Assembly: GCA_030674455.1 (NCBI GenBank)
Contig: JAUSGQ010000035.1
Span: 1 to 61,653 of the forward strand
DNA length: 61,653 bases
Origin: a bacterium
GTDB taxonomy: Bacteria > Patescibacteriota > Minisyncoccia > Phycocordibacterales > UBA2100
Direction of reading: 5' to 3'
The notes under the pieces are model-generated. The model worked only from the letters and a program-made list of their open reading frames with translations. It was not told the origin of the DNA and made no database searches. The position numbers and the translations under genes are program-made. The first letter of the stretch is position 1, and every line of letters starts with the position of its first letter. This document shows, piece by piece, positions 26,713 through 35,951 of this stretch.

Positions 26713-26754
26713 TTTTCTTATGCTAGTGTTTTGCAAAACACTAGCATAAGAAAA
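26713..26754. repeat. perfect 42-bp palindrome containing 28-bp family copy D
   Basis: TTTTCTTATGCTAGTGTTTTG|CAAAACACTAGCATAAGAAAA; core ATGCTAGTGTT-TTGCAA-AACACTAGCAT, right arm 9/11 identical to copy C. Confidence 0.8.
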
Positions 26755-26851
26755 CTGTTACTGGATGGGCAGTTTTCGAGAGACCTCGCACAAGCCAAGG
26801 AGTTGCCTCAATCTTGCGCGTTCGGGAAAAAACGGCAATAATGCTGGAACT

Positions 26852-27751
26852 ATGGCTGAAAACAAAAGAAAGAGTCCCCTTATTGGGTTCGTCGGGCAGG
26901 GCTTTGTCGGCAAGAACTATGCCGATGATATGGAGCAGCGCGGCTACACGACTATTCGTTACGCGCTTGAAGAGCCGTATAATCGCAACAAAGAAAAGAT
27001 AAAAGAAGCGGAGATTGTTTTTGTTTGCGTTCCAACGCCGACAAAGCCCGGGGGATTCGACTCGAGCATCGTGGAGGCGGGCGTCGGGCTCGTGGGCAAA
27101 GGCAAAATCGCGGTCATTAAATCCACGCTGCTTCCCGGAACAACGGAACGAATTCAGAAAAAATATCCCGACCGCATCGTCTTGTGTAGTCCTGAATTCT
27201 TGAGCGTCGCAACGGCTGCATGGGATGCCGCACACCCGTTCTCAAATATCGTTGGTATGCCAAAGGACACGCCTAAGCATCGCGCCGCGGCGAAGAAAGT
27301 TCATGCAGTTCTACCGCAAGTCCCGTACGCGGTAACCACAAAGAGCGTGGAGGCGGAAATAATTAAATATTCGCACAACGCGAGCGGGTACGTGCAAGTG
27401 GTTCTGTTCAACTTCATGTATGACCTCGCGCAAAAAATGGGCGCGACATGGGACGTTATACAGAAGGCTATTGAGGCAGACCCGATGGTATCAAACCGCT
27501 ACGCGAGGCCCCTGCACAAGAGCGGACGAGGCGCCGGCGGTTTCTGTTTTATTAAAGATTTTGCCGCTCTGCGCGAACTCTATGAAAAGAATCTTCCGCA
27601 TGACAAGGCGGGAAATGCCGCATTGCGCGCAATTGAGCTTAAAAACATCGCTCTTTTGAAGCAGACCAACAAAGACCTCGACCTTCTCCAAGGTGTTTAT
27701 GGTCCCGGTGTTGTCAAACATCAAACGCGGAAAGCGAAGGCGCGCCGCTAG
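26852..27751 (+). CDS. UDP-glucose/GDP-mannose dehydrogenase family protein (short form)
   Basis: GQGFVG, VCVPTP, IKST..PG, SPEFL, AEIIKY..N, GAGGFCFIKD; start reassigned to 26852. Confidence 0.88.
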   Translation: MAENKRKSPLIGFVGQGFVGKNYADDMEQRGYTTIRYALEEPYNRNKEKIKEAEIVFVCVPTPTKPGGFDSSIVEAGVGLVGKGKIAVIKSTLLPGTTERIQKKYPDRIVLCSPEFLSVATAAWDAAHPFSNIVGMPKDTPKHRAAAKKVHAVLPQVPYAVTTKSVEAEIIKYSHNASGYVQVVLFNFMYDLAQKMGATWDVIQKAIEADPMVSNRYARPLHKSGRGAGGFCFIKDFAALRELYEKNLPHDKAGNAALRAIELKNIALLKQTNKDLDLLQGVYGPGVVKHQTRKAKARR

Positions 27752-27754
27752 AGC

Positions 27755-28822
27755 ATGTATAAAAATATGCGGCTCCTGATCGCGACACAGGCAGTCGACC
27801 TTGATGACCCTGTGCTGGGATTTTTCCATTCTTGGATTCGGGAACTGGCAAAAAGCGCTAAGTCGGTACACGTCATTTGTCTCAAAGAGGGGAGGCACTC
27901 TTTGCCCGCGAATGTTTTTGTCCACACCTTGGGCAAGTCTTCGTTCCAAGGACTACCCTTGGAATCCAAGGGTAGTCCTTGGAAAGCGCGAATTCAGTAC
28001 ATTTGGCGCTTCTATAAATACATCTGGATTTTGCGAAACGAATACGATTCCGTATTTGTTCACATGAATCAGGAATATGTTGTGCTCGGTGGAAAGTTCT
28101 GGTGGCTGTGGGGAAAGCGCGTCGTACTGTGGCGCAACCACAAAATGGGTTCGATATTTACTCACATAGCCGCGGTTCTTTCGCATAAAGTCTGCTTCAC
28201 GTCCCCCTCGGCATATGTGGCGCATTTCAAGAACGCCGTTCAGATGCCGATTGGAATAGACATGGACTTGTTCAAGCCGAAAGGGAACGCTGACCCGAAT
28301 TCAATATTATTTCTCGGGCGTCTTGATGCCGTGAAGAAGCCAGAGATGTTATTGCAGGCACTCGACATTCTTGCAAAGCAGAAAATTACATTCAAGGCCG
28401 ACATTATCGGCGACCCGACTGCGGGCCGTGAAGGATTCGCACAGGAATTAAAGAAACGATTTTCATCAGTAGCGGGCGTTACATTCAAATCAGCCATTCG
28501 CAACGATGAGGCCGCAGCGGCATATGCGAGACATACGATATACGTCAACCTCACGCCTTCGGGCAGTTTTGATAAAACTATCGGGGAAGCGATGGCAAGC
28601 GGATGCATTACTGTTGTGGGCAACGACGCGGTGCGCTGCGAGGTGCCCAGCGAACTTTTCGTAGATGTGAACTCGGCGGATTCAGTCGCGCGCGGAATTA
28701 AGTTCGCACTTGGGATGGATGCGGTCGGGCGCGAGGCGTTGTCTATCAAATTGCGTTCATATATTCGGGAAAATCATTCTCTTGCGCTTCTCGCATCGCG
28801 GCTAAAGACGCTCTTTACATAA
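27755..28822 (+). CDS. glycosyltransferase family 4
   Basis: D.DDPVLGFFH.W, VFVHMN, LGRL.AVK, GSFDKTIGEAMASG. Confidence 0.88.
   Translation: MYKNMRLLIATQAVDLDDPVLGFFHSWIRELAKSAKSVHVICLKEGRHSLPANVFVHTLGKSSFQGLPLESKGSPWKARIQYIWRFYKYIWILRNEYDSVFVHMNQEYVVLGGKFWWLWGKRVVLWRNHKMGSIFTHIAAVLSHKVCFTSPSAYVAHFKNAVQMPIGIDMDLFKPKGNADPNSILFLGRLDAVKKPEMLLQALDILAKQKITFKADIIGDPTAGREGFAQELKKRFSSVAGVTFKSAIRNDEAAAAYARHTIYVNLTPSGSFDKTIGEAMASGCITVVGNDAVRCEVPSELFVDVNSADSVARGIKFALGMDAVGREALSIKLRSYIRENHSLALLASRLKTLFT
27944..27984. repeat. perfect 20-1-20 nested palindrome inside the GT4 coding sequence
   Basis: TTCCAAGGACTACCCTTGGA-a-TCCAAGGGTAGTCCTTGGAA; each arm is itself a TCCAAGG/CCTTGGA hairpin. Confidence 0.85.
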
Positions 28823-28826
28823 TATT

Positions 28827-29597
28827 ATGTCCATCTTAAAAAAAGTACTGGTATCGATTTTAGCCTTATTCCCAGCCAAACTCTCGGCACTTTCTATTCT
28901 CATGTATCACTCTGTATCGGATTCGGGTGCATTTTTTGCGGTGTCTCCCAAGAAATTCGAACAACAGATGAAATATACCCGCGACTCCGGATTCAATGTT
29001 ATCTTCGCGTCGGAAATAGATGAGCGCATGCGAGCGGGTAAACTGGCGCGCACTGTGTGCGTAACGTTTGACGACGGCTATGAAGATGTTTACCTGAACG
29101 CATATCCGATACTCAAAGCGCTCGGCATCAAAGCGACAGTTTTTCTCATTACGAATGAGATCGGCGGCACGTACACGAATAGCGAAGGGAAAACATTCCC
29201 GCTCCTTAAGCGCGAACAAATTGCACAGATGCGCGCGAGCGGTTTCATTGAATTCATGCCACACGGACATACGCACAAGAAGCTCCACCAGCTCACCGAA
29301 TCAGAACAGGAGAAGGAAATTATTTTGTCCAAAGGAGTTATCAGAGAACTTACAGGAGAAGAGCCGCGCGTATTTGCGTACCCAAGAGGGCGAACCACTC
29401 CCGCGATTGCGGAAATGCTGAAACGTTTTGGATTCGAGATTGCGCTTGGAGTGGTTCCCGGGTTAGTAAAAAGCGGATCAGATACGTATAATGTGCCGAG
29501 AAATGCAGTAGACAACCATGTCGGCTTCCAAGAATTTAAGCTTAAACTTTCTGATCGCGTAGAGTGGTACAACGCGATAGCCCGGCTTTTCCGATGA
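28827..29597 (+). CDS. polysaccharide deacetylase (NodB/CE4)
   Basis: ILMYHSV, VTFDDGY, HGHTH, FAYPRG. Confidence 0.92.
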   Translation: MSILKKVLVSILALFPAKLSALSILMYHSVSDSGAFFAVSPKKFEQQMKYTRDSGFNVIFASEIDERMRAGKLARTVCVTFDDGYEDVYLNAYPILKALGIKATVFLITNEIGGTYTNSEGKTFPLLKREQIAQMRASGFIEFMPHGHTHKKLHQLTESEQEKEIILSKGVIRELTGEEPRVFAYPRGRTTPAIAEMLKRFGFEIALGVVPGLVKSGSDTYNVPRNAVDNHVGFQEFKLKLSDRVEWYNAIARLFR

Positions 29598-29601
29598 GAT
29601 T

Positions 29602-30738
29602 ATGCGTGTACTTTATTTAGCTCCAATAAGATTGCCGACAGAAAAAGCGCACGGCATCCAGATTATGGAAACCTGCGCGGCTTTAACGCGGGCCGGTGCC
29701 GATGTTGAATTGGTAATTCCGAATCGCGAGACGCATATTAAAGAAAATGCTTTTGATTATTATTCAATCAAAGAAAGATTTCCGATAACAAGACTTCGTG
29801 TTCCCGATACGGTATCTTATGGGCGATTCGGATTTCTTTTTTACGCGGTGATTTTTGCGATTCGTGCGGCGCTGTACGCGCATCGCGCCAAGACGGATTT
29901 TGTGTACACGCGAGACCCGACCACTCTCTCGGTGTGCGCCATGCTCGGAGTCGGCCCTTTGGCGTGGGAGGTTCACACCGCGCACCCGGGTGTGCCGAAA
30001 TTTATTACTCGCCGTGTGAGCGCTCTCATTCCGATTACGCGCGGACTTGCCGATTGGTACAAGTCGCGCGGCGCGCCTGCTGGCGACATACATGTCGCGC
30101 CCGATGCGGTAGACCTCTCGATTTTCAAAGCGATAAAAGACCGTCAAAAGGAACGCTTGGCTTTGCGCGCGCGGCTCGGCGTTCCGGCGGGGGCGAAAAT
30201 AGCGCTCTATATCGGGAGTTTCGGGCTATACGCGTGGAAAGGTGTTGATATCGCGCGAAAAGCGGCAGAATACGCCCCCGATGTCATATGGCTTTTTGTT
30301 GGAGGAACCGAAAAGGAATGTGCGGAACTCACCCGTGGCGCGCCCACGCAGGTAAAGACTTTGCCGAGAGCGCGCCGGGAGGAAATAGCGGGGCTTCTAT
30401 GTGCTGCGGATGTACTTTTGCTTCCCAATAAAAGCGGAGACACTGCTTCCGAGCGCGATACATCTCCGATGAAACTTTTTGAATATATGGCAAGCGGGGT
30501 ACCGATAGTTTCTTCTGACGTGCCGAGCCTACGAGAAGTGTTGAATGAGCGCAATGCATTTCTGGTGCGACCGAACGATCCGAAAGCACTTGCAGAAAAA
30601 GTGCGCCATGTACTTGCATCGGGGCAAGAGGCGGGGCGCCGCGCGGGTGAAGCGCGCGCGGACGTCGAAGCGTACACGTGGGACAAGAGGGCAGAGGGCA
30701 TGTTGAATTTCTTGAAACTGCACGTTAAAACGATTTGA
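29602..30738 (+). CDS. glycosyltransferase family 4
   Basis: RLPTEKAHGIQ, WKGVD, TSPMKLFEYMASGVPIVSSD. Confidence 0.92.
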   Translation: MRVLYLAPIRLPTEKAHGIQIMETCAALTRAGADVELVIPNRETHIKENAFDYYSIKERFPITRLRVPDTVSYGRFGFLFYAVIFAIRAALYAHRAKTDFVYTRDPTTLSVCAMLGVGPLAWEVHTAHPGVPKFITRRVSALIPITRGLADWYKSRGAPAGDIHVAPDAVDLSIFKAIKDRQKERLALRARLGVPAGAKIALYIGSFGLYAWKGVDIARKAAEYAPDVIWLFVGGTEKECAELTRGAPTQVKTLPRARREEIAGLLCAADVLLLPNKSGDTASERDTSPMKLFEYMASGVPIVSSDVPSLREVLNERNAFLVRPNDPKALAEKVRHVLASGQEAGRRAGEARADVEAYTWDKRAEGMLNFLKLHVKTI

Positions 30739-30739
30739 T

Positions 30740-31543
30740 ATGGGATATTTCAATAGGTTAAGAGAACTTTTCTTCGCGATGCGCACGATTTCTACTGTTT
30801 ACGGGCGCGGTTCGCGAGCGCTCCTGTGGTTTAGGATGATGATGACTGTCATGCAGCCGCGTCTTCCGAAATCAATACGCAGAGCGCAACGGCTAGGCCT
30901 CGTTTTCGAGGGAACGCCATTCAGCGTCTGGATGTTGGACCGCACAAGCCTTGCCGCATTTGAAGAAGTGTTCATTCATGGAGAATATTTCGTGCCGGAT
31001 ATTCCCGCGCCTCGCATTGTCGTAGACGCGGGGGCGAACATCGGAGTCGCGAGCGTGTATTTTTGCCTACGGTATTCAGGCGCGCGAATTTACACCATAG
31101 AACCTAATCCTGAAGTATTAGATACATTGCGGAAAAATCTATCCGTCTTTCCTAACGCTTCGGTACATCAGTGCGCTCTCTCTGATGCTGATGGAACAAT
31201 AGATTTTCACATTCATCCGACGAGCAGTATCGCGTCCTCGCTTCAATCTCGCGTTTCCGGAGAGAGAATCGTGGCTGTACCCACCAAAAAACTCGATACA
31301 TTTATGAAAGAACAGAATATATCTGAAATTGACCTGCTCAAGTTTGACATTGAGGGTGCGGAAGGTCGCTTCCTGGGAGCGATAAAAAACAGGCAGGTTG
31401 TGCGAACGTATGTGGGAGAAATTCATCCCGATCTTATGCATGAATCGCTAGAAGAAATCCGGGCACTGTTTGCCGGATTCTCAGTTACGACCAATCCCGT
31501 TGGTTCAAAGCGGTTCTTGATTACGGCCGAGAGGAGTTCCTGA
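30740..31543 (+). CDS. FkbM family methyltransferase
   Basis: VVDAGANIG, IEPNP, IDLLKFDIEGAE. Confidence 0.9.
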   Translation: MGYFNRLRELFFAMRTISTVYGRGSRALLWFRMMMTVMQPRLPKSIRRAQRLGLVFEGTPFSVWMLDRTSLAAFEEVFIHGEYFVPDIPAPRIVVDAGANIGVASVYFCLRYSGARIYTIEPNPEVLDTLRKNLSVFPNASVHQCALSDADGTIDFHIHPTSSIASSLQSRVSGERIVAVPTKKLDTFMKEQNISEIDLLKFDIEGAEGRFLGAIKNRQVVRTYVGEIHPDLMHESLEEIRALFAGFSVTTNPVGSKRFLITAERSS

Positions 31544-32477
31544 TTTTTTGTATCAGCTCCTGCACACGCAACCCGTCCGCAAAAGACGGTTCCATTTGTT
31601 CCTTCCGCGTACATGCGACAACGAATTTCTTGGCTAACTTACGCACTATTTTCACTCTCTCGTCTTCCTGTTTTCGTCCGTTATCTTTCTTTATTTTTAC
31701 AGTCTTTTCTCCTTTTTCGTTTTGTATTTTAACGGCGAAATTATCGACTATCGCGTTCTTGTTTTCAAGCGTGATAATTCCTCTTTCGCAGACGAACATT
31801 AGACGATGCCGGATTATTCCTGGAGTATTGCACGACACATGCACGTCTCCGGTCGCCCCGTTTTGGAATTTCACGAGCATGTCAAGGCCGACTTCTCCGC
31901 CGTTCAAACTTTTTGGCGAGTGTGTAAATAACGTTTTTGTCTCGCGAATCTTGCCGGCGAAGTTCTCCAAATAATAAAGTCCGTGAGAGAAATAAAAGGA
32001 GAGCGCTCCGCCGCCGTCTTTAACGCTCGTCTTCCACGTTCTACGGCCGTAGCGAATGTCACCGCTCATCCAGTTCCAATTCACCGAGATATGCTTCAAG
32101 GCTCCGGACGTGTTTTTATCCAGAAGTTCTTTCACTTTTTTCCACTCAGCGATTTCCGGGAATATAAAGTCGATTCCAGTAATGACCTTTTTCTTCTTTG
32201 CGAGCGCATAAAGTTCCCGCGCCTGCTTGAGATTTGCTGCGAGCGGTTTTTCCGCAAAAACATGCAGCCCTTTTTTAATCGCGGCTTTGGCGATGATGTA
32301 TTGCGCCTGCGGAGGGACTGCAATTGCAATTGCGTCAATACTCTCGTTTTCCAAGAACGCGCGCCACTCATTTCTCCCCTCGCATACGCCAATAACCTTG
32401 CAGCCGCTTACGGACTCAAAAGCGGGCTTGAGGCCAATTACCCCAAAACCAGAGCCGATAATGCCGACCCTAAGCAT
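31521..32477 (-). CDS. Gfo/Idh/MocA family oxidoreductase
   Basis: VGIIGSGFG, DAIAIAVPP, GLHVFAEKP, GGGAL; start reassigned to 32477. Confidence 0.88.
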   Translation of the reverse strand: MLRVGIIGSGFGVIGLKPAFESVSGCKVIGVCEGRNEWRAFLENESIDAIAIAVPPQAQYIIAKAAIKKGLHVFAEKPLAANLKQARELYALAKKKKVITGIDFIFPEIAEWKKVKELLDKNTSGALKHISVNWNWMSGDIRYGRRTWKTSVKDGGGALSFYFSHGLYYLENFAGKIRETKTLFTHSPKSLNGGEVGLDMLVKFQNGATGDVHVSCNTPGIIRHRLMFVCERGIITLENKNAIVDNFAVKIQNEKGEKTVKIKKDNGRKQEDERVKIVRKLAKKFVVACTRKEQMEPSFADGLRVQELIQKIRNSSRP

Positions 32478-32895
32478 GTCGTTTTTTGTTGATGTATCCG
32501 AGAAATTCTTCATAGGAGCGAATGTAATCTCTCTCATCGTACAGTGTACTCGCAATCACCATGAGCACGGTTCCTTTTTTAAAGTCTTGCATCGTGTGCC
32601 ATACATAGGGAGGCAGGAGGACGCCAACATTCGGTTTATTAAGAGCCACTTTCATTCTTTCTTTTCCGTTGTCCAGCGCGATTGTGCAACCTCCAGCGAG
32701 AGCGACAAGAACATGTTCCGTTTTGTGATGGGTGTGGCCACCGCGCCTGCTTGTGGGACTCGTATTCGTTACAATGAAGACGCGTTTAATAGGAAAAGGT
32801 ATTGCCATGGCGCCAGTTCCCGCCTGCATCACCGTCAAGGCGCCATTACTATCGGCTTTTGTTGGAAAATTAATGAGTTCGTAGAGCGCATTCAT
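32470..32895 (-). CDS. fdtA: FdtA/QdtA-type dTDP-4-keto-6-deoxyglucose 3,4-ketoisomerase (cupin)
   Basis: DSNGAL, PFPIKRVF, RGGHTH, VWHTM, AST.YDERDYIRSY. Confidence 0.88.
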   Translation of the reverse strand: MNALYELINFPTKADSNGALTVMQAGTGAMAIPFPIKRVFIVTNTSPTSRRGGHTHHKTEHVLVALAGGCTIALDNGKERMKVALNKPNVGVLLPPYVWHTMQDFKKGTVLMVIASTLYDERDYIRSYEEFLGYINKKRHA

Positions 32896-32907
32896 ATACT
32901 CGTGATA

Positions 32908-33873
32908 TCAACCCGTTCTTTTTTTGAAATGAACCACGGTCCTTTTTATACCTTTGTCGAAAGAAACGCGGGGCTTCCATCCCAACTCGTTCTCGAGTTT
33001 CTGGCTCGAAAGAGCATATCTGAAATCGTGTCCCGGACGATCGGCCACATGCTCGATTTCCTTTTCGGTCTTTTTAAGGAGATGGAGCAACTTCTTTGTT
33101 ATTTCAAAGTTGGTATATTCCTCCCTGCTTCCGATATTGTATATTTCTCCCGCTTTTCCTTTTCGGAAAACAAGGTCTGTTGCTTTCACGTTATCCTCCA
33201 CATACAGCCAACTTCTGATATTTCCCCCCTTCGCGTATAGAGGGACTTTTTTCCCTTCAAGAAGGAAGGTGATGAATTTTGGTATGAGTTTTGTGGCGTC
33301 TTGCCCGGGACCGTAATTGTTTGAGCTTCGCGTTATCACTCCCTGCAGATTGTAGGTGTGTATGTAGGAAAGCAGAAGTAGTTCTGCGCTTGCTTTTGAA
33401 GCGCTGTATGGATTGCGTGGATTGTAGAGAGAGTCCTCGGTAAACGGCGGGGCGTACGCAGTCAGGTCCCCGTAAATTTCGTCGGTGGAAACGAGGTGGA
33501 ATCGGGAAAGTTTGTAGTCCAGCGCAAGCTGAAGAAGGTTATTAGTTCCTTCAACATTTGTTTTTATACAAATGCTTGGATTTTTGATGCTCTGGTCTAC
33601 ATGCGTTTCGGCTGCAAAGTGGATGAGATGCGTCGGCCTGTATTTGTTAAAAATATCGGTCATGGAGGCTACGTCGCAGATATCGGATTTCTCGAAAGCG
33701 TAATTCTTTCTATTCTCTACGGATACATTGCGCAAGTCGGCGGCGTAGGTTAGCGCATCGACATTTATAAAAAGCTCACGCGGATATTTCGTTACCGCGT
33801 AGTTGAGGTAATTACTGCCGATGAACCCCGCACCGCCGGTGACAATTGTCCTTCTATCGAACTTACTTTTCAT
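32908..33873 (-). CDS. rmlB: dTDP-glucose 4,6-dehydratase
   Basis: TGGAGFIGSN, DALTYA, HFAAETHVD.SI, STDEIYG, PYSASKA, NNYGP, DRPGHDFRY. Confidence 0.95.
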   Translation of the reverse strand: MKSKFDRRTIVTGGAGFIGSNYLNYAVTKYPRELFINVDALTYAADLRNVSVENRKNYAFEKSDICDVASMTDIFNKYRPTHLIHFAAETHVDQSIKNPSICIKTNVEGTNNLLQLALDYKLSRFHLVSTDEIYGDLTAYAPPFTEDSLYNPRNPYSASKASAELLLLSYIHTYNLQGVITRSSNNYGPGQDATKLIPKFITFLLEGKKVPLYAKGGNIRSWLYVEDNVKATDLVFRKGKAGEIYNIGSREEYTNFEITKKLLHLLKKTEKEIEHVADRPGHDFRYALSSQKLENELGWKPRVSFDKGIKRTVVHFKKRTG

Positions 33874-34606
33874 GGGATAAGCGTTTTTTCATAAACAGGG
33901 AAGCCTTGTGCAAGGCGTCTATGTTGCCGATATCAAACCATTCCTTCTTGAGCATGTGCGCGCGCAAAGTACCTTCTTCGAGATACAGGGAATTTACTGA
34001 AGTAATCTCATATTCCCCCCGCGCGCTTGGCGGGATTTTCCTGATTTTCTCAAACACCGTGTTGTCGTACACATATAGGCCGGTGACAGCCAAATTACTT
34101 TTTGGTTTCAGCGGCTTTTCCTCCAGCGAGAGAATGCTGCCTTTATTATTGACCTCCGCGATGCCAAAATGCTTTGGGTCCGGCACTTTCTTCAAGAACA
34201 CAGTTGAACCTTTCTTAAACGACTTAATGGCGGGAGTTATGTCGTCCAAAAATATGTTGTCGCCCAAAAATAGTACGCAATTGTCTTTGCCTACATAGTC
34301 TTCTGCGATAAAGAGGCCGTAGGCGATGCCGTTCGGTTCGTTTTGTATGCCGTATACGATTTGGATCTGTTTCGCGTGGGTCGATTTTGGGACGAAATGC
34401 TGCCCTGAGCCGAGCAATCTCACAAACGAATCAATATGGTGAGGGGAGGTGACTATCATTATCTTTGTTATGCCGGCATCGACCAGCTTTTCTATCGCGT
34501 AGTAAATGACCGGCTTGTTGAACACCGGCAATAAGTGCTTGTTTGTAACTAGCGTAAGCGGATGCAGTCTGGTGCCCGAACCGCCCGCTAGAATAACAGC
34601 TTTCAT
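33863..34606 (-). CDS. rmlA: glucose-1-phosphate thymidylyltransferase
   Basis: ILAGGSGTRLHPLT..NKHLLPV, LGDNIF, EEKP, TGLYVYD, SARGEYEIT, WFDIG. Confidence 0.92.
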   Translation of the reverse strand: MKAVILAGGSGTRLHPLTLVTNKHLLPVFNKPVIYYAIEKLVDAGITKIMIVTSPHHIDSFVRLLGSGQHFVPKSTHAKQIQIVYGIQNEPNGIAYGLFIAEDYVGKDNCVLFLGDNIFLDDITPAIKSFKKGSTVFLKKVPDPKHFGIAEVNNKGSILSLEEKPLKPKSNLAVTGLYVYDNTVFEKIRKIPPSARGEYEITSVNSLYLEEGTLRAHMLKKEWFDIGNIDALHKASLFMKKRLSHEK

Positions 34607-34727
34607 CCCGTTAGAGGCAGTCCGCCCACCGGCGGACCGTACCTGATTTATTGCTGATAATCGACCACACTGATTCTCTGCACAGATGTTCCATATGTAT
34701 AATTTGTCTTCCGCATCCTCTAACGGG
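34607..34727 (-). mobile_element. MITE-like element family B copy 1 (121 bp) at the rmlA start codon
   Basis: Minus strand: ATGAAT|CCCGTTAGAGG...CCTCTAACGGG|ATGAAA; 11-bp TIR, internal GTCCGCC/GGCGGAC hairpin. Confidence 0.8.
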
Positions 34728-34772
34728 ATTCATCCCAGCCATACTATACTCGCCGTGTTATAGTGTCCAATC

Positions 34773-35516
34773 ATGTCGGCAGAAGGCAAGAAATCTGTAT
34801 GTGTGATCCTTGCCTATAATTGCGCCAATCTGCTAGAGAATACCTACAAACGCATTCCCGCTGGCTCGGTAGACAGAATAATTCTCGTTGACGACGCATC
34901 AACGGACAATACGCTTGAAATCGCAAAGAAACTCGGTATTGAATGCTATACCCACCAGCATCTCGGGTATGGAGGCAACGTAAAATATTCCATCAAGAAA
35001 GGGATAGAACTAGGCGCCGAATATATCGTCGATTTGCACGGAGACGGTCAGTACGATCCGGCCGCAATTCCATCCGCCCTTGCGAAAGCAAAAGAAGGAT
35101 ATGACCTAGTCTTGGGCTCTAGGTTTTTTGATATAAAACAGCCTTTGCGCGACGGAATGCCTCTGAGCCGCTATCTTGCGAATATCGGCTTAAGCGCGAT
35201 TGAACGTTTTGTTCTCAAACTGCCGGTATCGGAGTTTCATACTGGATTTAGAGTTTATACAAAGACGCTCGCAGACACGGTCGCACTGGAAAACACGTCC
35301 AACAATTTCCTTTTTGGTTTCGAAATTATAGCGCAGACCGGATTCTGCGGGCTCAAGATAGGAGAGATACCCATTCGCTGCGATTACAAATCGGAACATA
35401 CGTCGATATCAATTCCCCAATCCACGGTATACGCATTTCAAACGTTCAAAACCTTGGCACTCTACCTGCTGGCGCGGCTTGGATTCAAAATAAAGTTATT
35501 CAAATGTGGAAAATAG
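34773..35516 (+). CDS. glycosyltransferase family 2 (polyprenol-phosphate sugar synthase-like)
   Basis: AYN, LVDDASTD, GYGG, HGDGQYDP, VLGSR, HTGFRVY. Confidence 0.9.
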   Translation: MSAEGKKSVCVILAYNCANLLENTYKRIPAGSVDRIILVDDASTDNTLEIAKKLGIECYTHQHLGYGGNVKYSIKKGIELGAEYIVDLHGDGQYDPAAIPSALAKAKEGYDLVLGSRFFDIKQPLRDGMPLSRYLANIGLSAIERFVLKLPVSEFHTGFRVYTKTLADTVALENTSNNFLFGFEIIAQTGFCGLKIGEIPIRCDYKSEHTSISIPQSTVYAFQTFKTLALYLLARLGFKIKLFKCGK

Positions 35517-35528
35517 ACATTAACGAGC

Positions 35529-35951
35529 ATGATAAAGAAACTGCTTGAATTGGTACAAAGGCATCAGCAGATATTTAAATTCCTGATAGCGGGCGGGTTC
35601 GCATTTGCCGTGAACATCGTCGTGCTGTATGTACTCACGGACATTTTCGACATTTACTATCTGGTTTCCACAGTGGTGGCGTTCCTCATTTCATTCTTGG
35701 TCAGCTTCGTTCTCCAAAAGTTCTGGACATTTCAAGATGCATCTAAGGACAACTTACATCTTCAGCTCCCTCTGTATTTAAGTATGCAAGTCGCGAATCT
35801 GGGACTCAATGCGTCCCTCATGTATGCGTTCGTGGAATATCTCCATCTCTGGTACATCCTTTCTCAAGTTATTATTTCTCTCGTTCTTGCGGTCATTGCT
35901 TTTATTATAAACAAAAAGTACATCTTCAAACCTCAAGACATCCCCGCTTAA
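35529..35951 (+). CDS. GtrA family flippase-like protein
   Basis: QIFKFLIAGG, four TM helices, SFVLQKFWTF, FIINKKYIF. Confidence 0.92.
   Translation: MIKKLLELVQRHQQIFKFLIAGGFAFAVNIVVLYVLTDIFDIYYLVSTVVAFLISFLVSFVLQKFWTFQDASKDNLHLQLPLYLSMQVANLGLNASLMYAFVEYLHLWYILSQVIISLVLAVIAFIINKKYIFKPQDIPA

Noticed and set aside
34607-34727. Integron attC site suggested by GTTAGA/TCTAAC boxes
   Set aside because: The boxes are in the reverse order for attC (RYYYAAC...GTTRRRY), a target duplication is present and no integrase is seen.
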